A stretch of 24,000 nt of DNA, taken from the NCBI RefSeq assembly GCF_040784915.1, contig NZ_CP160797.1, forward strand, positions 1,764,137 to 1,788,136, read 5' to 3'. The stretch is from Bacillus vallismortis. GTDB taxonomy: Bacteria > Bacillota > Bacilli > Bacillales > Bacillaceae. Made by a program: the position numbers and the translations under genes. The notes under the pieces were generated by a model. That model worked only from the letters and a program-made list of their open reading frames with translations, ran no database searches and was not told the origin of the DNA. Positions 19,015 through 24,000 of the stretch are shown here, piece after piece (positions within the stretch are counted from its first letter, which is position 1; the number at the start of each line of letters is the position of its first letter).

Positions 19015-19863
19015 ATGACAATTCAATGGTTCCCGGGCCATATGGCAAAGGCAAGAAGGGAAGTAACCGAAAAATTAAAATTAATCGATATTGTATATGA
19101 ATTGGTAGATGCCAGAATTCCTATGTCATCAAGAAACCCAATGATTGAGGACATTCTAAAAAATAAGCCGAGAATTATGCTGTTAAACAAGGCTGACAAA
19201 GCAGATGCGGCAGTTACGCAGCAATGGAAACAGCACTTTGAGAATCAGGGGATTCGATCTCTGTCCATTAATTCGGTAAACGGACAAGGCTTAAATCAAA
19301 TTGTGCCTGCGTCAAAAGAGATCCTCCAAGAAAAATTTGACCGGATGAGGGCGAAAGGCGTGAAGCCTAGAGCAATTCGCGCTTTGATTATCGGTATTCC
19401 AAACGTCGGAAAATCAACACTTATCAACCGGCTGGCAAAGAAAAACATAGCAAAAACGGGAGACAGACCTGGTATTACGACATCTCAGCAGTGGGTCAAA
19501 GTCGGGAAAGAATTAGAGCTCTTAGACACACCGGGGATTTTATGGCCTAAATTTGAAGACGAGCTTGTTGGCTTAAGGCTGGCAATCACCGGGGCTATTA
19601 AAGACACAATTCTCAATCTGCAGGACGTGGCTGTGTTTGGTCTTCGTTTTCTCGAAGAACATTATCCTGAACGGCTTAAAGAGCGTTACAGCCTTGATGA
19701 GATCCCAGAGGACATTGCAGAGCTGTTTGATGCAATAGGTGAAAAGCGCGGCTGTCTCATGAGCGGAGGGCTTATTAACTACGATAAAACGACTGAAGTC
19801 ATCATTCGCGATATCCGCACTGAAAAGTTCGGCAGGCTGTCATTTGAACAGCCCGCTAAGTAA
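19015..19863 (+). CDS. rbgA: Ribosome biogenesis GTPase RbgA (YlqF)
   Basis: 282 aa '[42 protein letters not shown]'; circularly permuted GTPase with NKAD then [12 protein letters not shown]. Confidence 0.97.
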   Translation: MTIQWFPGHMAKARREVTEKLKLIDIVYELVDARIPMSSRNPMIEDILKNKPRIMLLNKADKADAAVTQQWKQHFENQGIRSLSINSVNGQGLNQIVPASKEILQEKFDRMRAKGVKPRAIRALIIGIPNVGKSTLINRLAKKNIAKTGDRPGITTSQQWVKVGKELELLDTPGILWPKFEDELVGLRLAITGAIKDTILNLQDVAVFGLRFLEEHYPERLKERYSLDEIPEDIAELFDAIGEKRGCLMSGGLINYDKTTEVIIRDIRTEKFGRLSFEQPAK

Positions 19864-19894
19864 AGGCGCGCAGAAATGCGGGTCTTTATTTTTT
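19862..19894 (+). terminator. Intrinsic terminator overlapping the rbgA stop codon
   Basis: AAAGGCGCGCA (19862-19872), GAAA loop, TGCGGGTCTTT (19877-19887); 11 positions with one G.U and one G-G mismatch, followed by ATTTTTT. Confidence 0.7.
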
Positions 19895-19933
19895 CCTGAC
19901 CGATCCGATACATACAGTAAGGGAGAAGAGAAA

Positions 19934-20701
19934 GTGAATACATTAACCGTAAAGGACATTAAAGACCGTTTGCAGGAAGTGAAGGATGGACAAGACCCAT
20001 TTCTTGCCCAATGCGTAAACGATCCGAGAAAGAGCGTTCAAACGCTTGTAGAGCAATGGCTTAAAAAGCAGGCGAAAGAAAAAGCGCTGAAAGAACAATG
20101 GCTGAATATGACTTCCTATGAAAGGCTGGCAAGAAACAAAGGATTTCGCTTGATCGCAGGTGTTGACGAGGTCGGCCGGGGGCCATTGGCAGGACCTGTT
20201 GTCGCCAGCGCAGTCATTCTTCCGGAGGAATGTGAAATACTTGGGCTGACAGACTCCAAAAAACTTTCAGAAAAAAAGCGTGATGAATATTACGAACTTA
20301 TTATGAAAGAAGCACTGGCGGTCGGAATAGGAATTGTAGAAGCCTCTGTGATTGATGAAATCAATATATATGAGGCTTCAAAGATGGCAATGGTGAAAGC
20401 GATACAGGATTTGCCAGATACACCTGATTATTTGCTTGTTGACGCAATGACACTGCCGCTCGACACGGCTCAGTCCTCAATTATAAAAGGTGATGCCAAA
20501 AGCGTGTCTATTGCGGCAGGTGCGTGTATCGCGAAAGTAACAAGAGACCGGATGATGAGCGCCTATGCCGAAACCTACCCCATGTATGGCTTTGAAAAAA
20601 ATAAAGGCTATGGGACAAAAGAGCATCTTGAAGCTCTCGCTGCATACGGCCCAACTGAATTGCACCGCAAAACTTTCGCTCCTGTTCAATCTATCAGTTA
20701 A
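19934..20701 (+). CDS. rnhB: Ribonuclease HII
   Basis: Start corrected to GTG 19934 after GGGAGAAGAG (track start 19844). 255 aa; 'IAGVDEVGRGPLAGPVVASAVIL', 'DAMTLP'. Confidence 0.95.
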   Translation: MNTLTVKDIKDRLQEVKDGQDPFLAQCVNDPRKSVQTLVEQWLKKQAKEKALKEQWLNMTSYERLARNKGFRLIAGVDEVGRGPLAGPVVASAVILPEECEILGLTDSKKLSEKKRDEYYELIMKEALAVGIGIVEASVIDEINIYEASKMAMVKAIQDLPDTPDYLLVDAMTLPLDTAQSSIIKGDAKSVSIAAGACIAKVTRDRMMSAYAETYPMYGFEKNKGYGTKEHLEALAAYGPTELHRKTFAPVQSIS

Positions 20702-20730
20702 ATCAATGGACAAGGAGGCACCTCTTGTAA

Positions 20731-22461
20731 ATGAATATACGAAATGATGTGCAAAAGGCGCTGCAGCACCTTTTTAAAAATACAGTAATCCCGAAGGAAT
20801 CAGCAAATGTCAGCGAAGCGCAAAACGGGGAGAAGCGTCTTCTTTTAGGAAAAGTGCTTCGTTTATTAGGAGATCAGCATGCGCTGATCCAAGTCGGCAA
20901 TCAAACTGTCCAGGGAAAACTTGAAACCCAGCTTCGTCCTCAGGCGTACTATTGGTTTTCCTACGAAAAAAAAACGGCAGAACAAACAGGCCGCCTTCAG
21001 GTCGTTCAAAGCTTTAACCAAAATCCCAAAACCATTCAGGAAGCAGCCGGAAAGCTTCTGAATGCCATATCAGTAAAGCCGTCAAACGCTGCTCTAATGA
21101 TGACAGGAGCAATGCTCAAGAGCAAAACACCCGTAACAGAAAATGATATCAAAACAGCTGTCCGCTGGATGGATGCGCTGCCTGCGTCAGACACAAAAAA
21201 AGCGATTGAAACGGTTCTGTTCGCTTTAAAGCGTGAATTACCCATTCACCCCGAGGTTTTGAGCGGTGTTCATGCTGTAAAATCGCCTGTTCCGCTGCAT
21301 CAGCACGTATCTCAACTGCTTCAGGCTATTAACCAAAACCCTCAGCAGAGCCAAATGATGACAAAGCTCAAAGAAGCAATTACAACACTTTTTAATAGCG
21401 AAATCGATGTTCATGCAGAACGTCTGATCGATAAGCTTGTCTCTATAACGGACAATACCAAAGCGCCTTCTTCAGGCAATACAGCCGGAAATAGGGAGCT
21501 TAGCGCACCATCCGGCTCTCTCGAAAAGGCCAGTTTGCCGCCTGTAAACCACACAGCAGAACAGAGAGGCGTACAAGGAGAGCCAGCTAAAACCGCAGCA
21601 GACATTCCAATCAAAGAAGCCCGGCAGTTACTGACAAAGCTGACGGAATCTGCTGAAAAAAACAGTCTTCAAATTGTGAAAGAAGCAGCAAATTGGATGA
21701 AAGCGGCTGCTTCAACGGGTGACAGTAAGTCACCTGCCGCTTCAGCTGTTTTACAGGCTGCACAAGTCACAGATCAGGAAGCCGAAGTCTTTTTAAAGGC
21801 TGTTCAGCATACAGCGCCTAGTTTAGCTGATAAGGCAGATGTTCTTTCTTTCTTAACCAAAGTGAAGATGGCAATCGGCGCAAGGGACGAGCTTGCATTC
21901 ATTAAAGCGTTTGAACAAGGAAGCGCGGTCACCCCTGATGAAATACAATCCATCAAGCTGGCTCTTCAGGCCGCAAGAGGGTCGCATGAGGTAGCCGAAC
22001 CTGTCAAACGGGAAGCCGATCAGCTTTTTCACAAATTAAACGGCCAGCTTTTTATGCAGCAGGACCATCCGTCATACAGCCAAATTGTAATGTCATTTCC
22101 GCTGTTCTCGAAGTCAGGGGTTCAGGATATGACCGTTCTGTTTAAAGGAAAGAAAGAAGCGGATGGGAAGCTGGATCCCTCCCATTGCCGTCTTTTGTTT
22201 TTGCTGCAGTTGGATACGTTAAAAGAAACAGTCGTTGATTGCTTGATACAGCAAAAAGTCATGACCATTACAATTGAGACTGATTTCGATCTTCAGGCTG
22301 CAATCGATCCGATGGTGCCTGCACTTAAACAGGGTCTTATGGAAATGGGGTACAGTCTTTCAGGTGTAAACGCTAAAAAAAGGATTCACACCGAAGAGAA
22401 GGCTGCAATTGATCAATATGTAACTAGCATCAGTGATCAGGAAGTGGATGTGAAAATATGA
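20731..22461 (+). CDS. ylqG: YlqG, uncharacterised protein with a C-terminal region resembling the FliK (hook-length control) C-terminal domain
   Basis: 576 aa ORF between rnhB and ylqH. Gln/Ala/Ser-rich low-complexity middle; C-terminal 'CRLLFLLQLDTLKETVVDCLIQQKVMTITIETDFDLQAAIDPMVPALKQGLMEMGYSLSGVNAKK'. Confidence 0.88.
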   Translation: MNIRNDVQKALQHLFKNTVIPKESANVSEAQNGEKRLLLGKVLRLLGDQHALIQVGNQTVQGKLETQLRPQAYYWFSYEKKTAEQTGRLQVVQSFNQNPKTIQEAAGKLLNAISVKPSNAALMMTGAMLKSKTPVTENDIKTAVRWMDALPASDTKKAIETVLFALKRELPIHPEVLSGVHAVKSPVPLHQHVSQLLQAINQNPQQSQMMTKLKEAITTLFNSEIDVHAERLIDKLVSITDNTKAPSSGNTAGNRELSAPSGSLEKASLPPVNHTAEQRGVQGEPAKTAADIPIKEARQLLTKLTESAEKNSLQIVKEAANWMKAAASTGDSKSPAASAVLQAAQVTDQEAEVFLKAVQHTAPSLADKADVLSFLTKVKMAIGARDELAFIKAFEQGSAVTPDEIQSIKLALQAARGSHEVAEPVKREADQLFHKLNGQLFMQQDHPSYSQIVMSFPLFSKSGVQDMTVLFKGKKEADGKLDPSHCRLLFLLQLDTLKETVVDCLIQQKVMTITIETDFDLQAAIDPMVPALKQGLMEMGYSLSGVNAKKRIHTEEKAAIDQYVTSISDQEVDVKI

Positions 22462-22739
22462 AAGAGCAGACGCCGGTCAGAAAAGCGATGGCTCTCCATT
22501 ATGATGAACGAAAAGACAGGGCGCCGAGAGTGGTTGCGACAGGAAAGGGCCATGTAGCCGACAACATTATCAAAGAAGCGAAAAATGCAGGGGTCCCGAT
22601 TCAAGAAGATCGGACCCTTGTCGAATTAATGCGCCATTTGACTGTGGATGATCAAATCCCGGAAGCTCTTTATGAAACGGTAGCCGAGATTTTTTCGTTC
22701 ATTTACAGATTGGACGAAAGCGTAAAAAACAAAAAATAA
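22458..22739 (+). CDS. ylqH: YlqH, stand-alone FlhB C-terminal-domain-like protein
   Basis: 93 aa, ATGA overlap with ylqG. 'RKAMALHYDERKDRAPRVVATGKGHVADNIIKEAKNAGVPIQEDRTLVELM...DQIPEALYETVAEIFSFIYRL' matches the segment following NPTH in FlhB proteins. Confidence 0.92.
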   Translation: MKEQTPVRKAMALHYDERKDRAPRVVATGKGHVADNIIKEAKNAGVPIQEDRTLVELMRHLTVDDQIPEALYETVAEIFSFIYRLDESVKNKK

Positions 22740-22833
22740 CGATAATATTCCCCATCCTCTGTTTGAAATTTATGTTTTTAATAAAATAAAAGTTTGAATG
22801 TTAAGAAGGATTTAAAGATTTTGCATCGAACTC

Positions 22834-22861
22834 TAGACAATTCTTCCAGTATTATTATAGA
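22834..22861 (+). promoter_or_regulatory. Candidate sigma-A promoter of sucC
   Basis: TAGACA (22834-22839), 16-nt spacer, TATAGA (22856-22861), 52 nt before the sucC ATG. Confidence 0.5.
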
Positions 22862-22862
22862 A

Positions 22863-22876
22863 TGAAAGCGCAGTCT
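22863..22876 (+). promoter_or_regulatory. cre-like (CcpA) site at the sucC promoter
   Basis: TGAAAGCGCAGTCT matches TGWAANCGNTNWCA with 2 mismatches and sits at the predicted transcription start. Confidence 0.5.
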
Positions 22877-22912
22877 ATTTTAGTTTTGTTACATAAGTTA
22901 GGAGGATGGGAA

Positions 22913-24000
<1,088 letters not shown>

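Noticed and set aside
19028-19041. TTCCCGGG resembling the Noc binding site ATTTCCCGGGAAAT (also TTCCCGGG near 6069)
   Set aside because: Only about 10/14 and 8/14 matches; both are dictated by conserved protein codons (WFPGHM in RbgA, LFPGQGSQ in FabD).
20706-20747. 13-codon ORF (MDKEAPLVNEYTK) overlapping the ylqG start, possible regulatory uORF
   Set aside because: No upstream SD of its own; it simply runs through the ylqG SD and start in another frame.

Overview
This window looks like an ordinary, fully packed housekeeping segment of a Bacillus subtilis-group chromosome. Almost all genes are on the + strand. Gene order: 3' end of fakA (yloV), sdaAB, sdaAA, recG, fapR-plsX-fabD-fabG, acpA, rnc, smc, ftsY, ylqB (the only minus-strand gene), ylxM-ffh, rpsP-khpA(ylqC), ylqD-rimM-trmD, rplS, rbgA(ylqF), rnhB, ylqG-ylqH, and the 5' part of sucC, which runs off the right edge and is missing from the supplied ORF track. 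I found no mobile element, CRISPR array, tRNA/rRNA, toxin-antitoxin or defence cassette, and no evidence for a new multi-gene system. The observations most worth a second look are: (1) ylqG-ylqH, an orphan pair resembling the FliK C-terminal domain and the FlhB C-terminal domain; YlqH has no membrane part and no NPTH autocleavage motif; (2) a 12-nt direct repeat in the rplS leader in which one copy contains the rplS start codon and both copies can pair with the same GCATC segment, suggesting a start-codon-sequestering switch; (3) a 13/15 parS-like match spanning the recG GTG start codon; (4) ylqB, a lone convergent gene for a secreted Ig-like-fold protein between ftsY and ylxM-ffh. Several ORF-track starts were corrected using ribosome-binding sites and known protein N-termini. 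Gene names rest on recognised sequence and gene order, not on a database search; the strain may be a relative of strain 168 rather than 168 itself.
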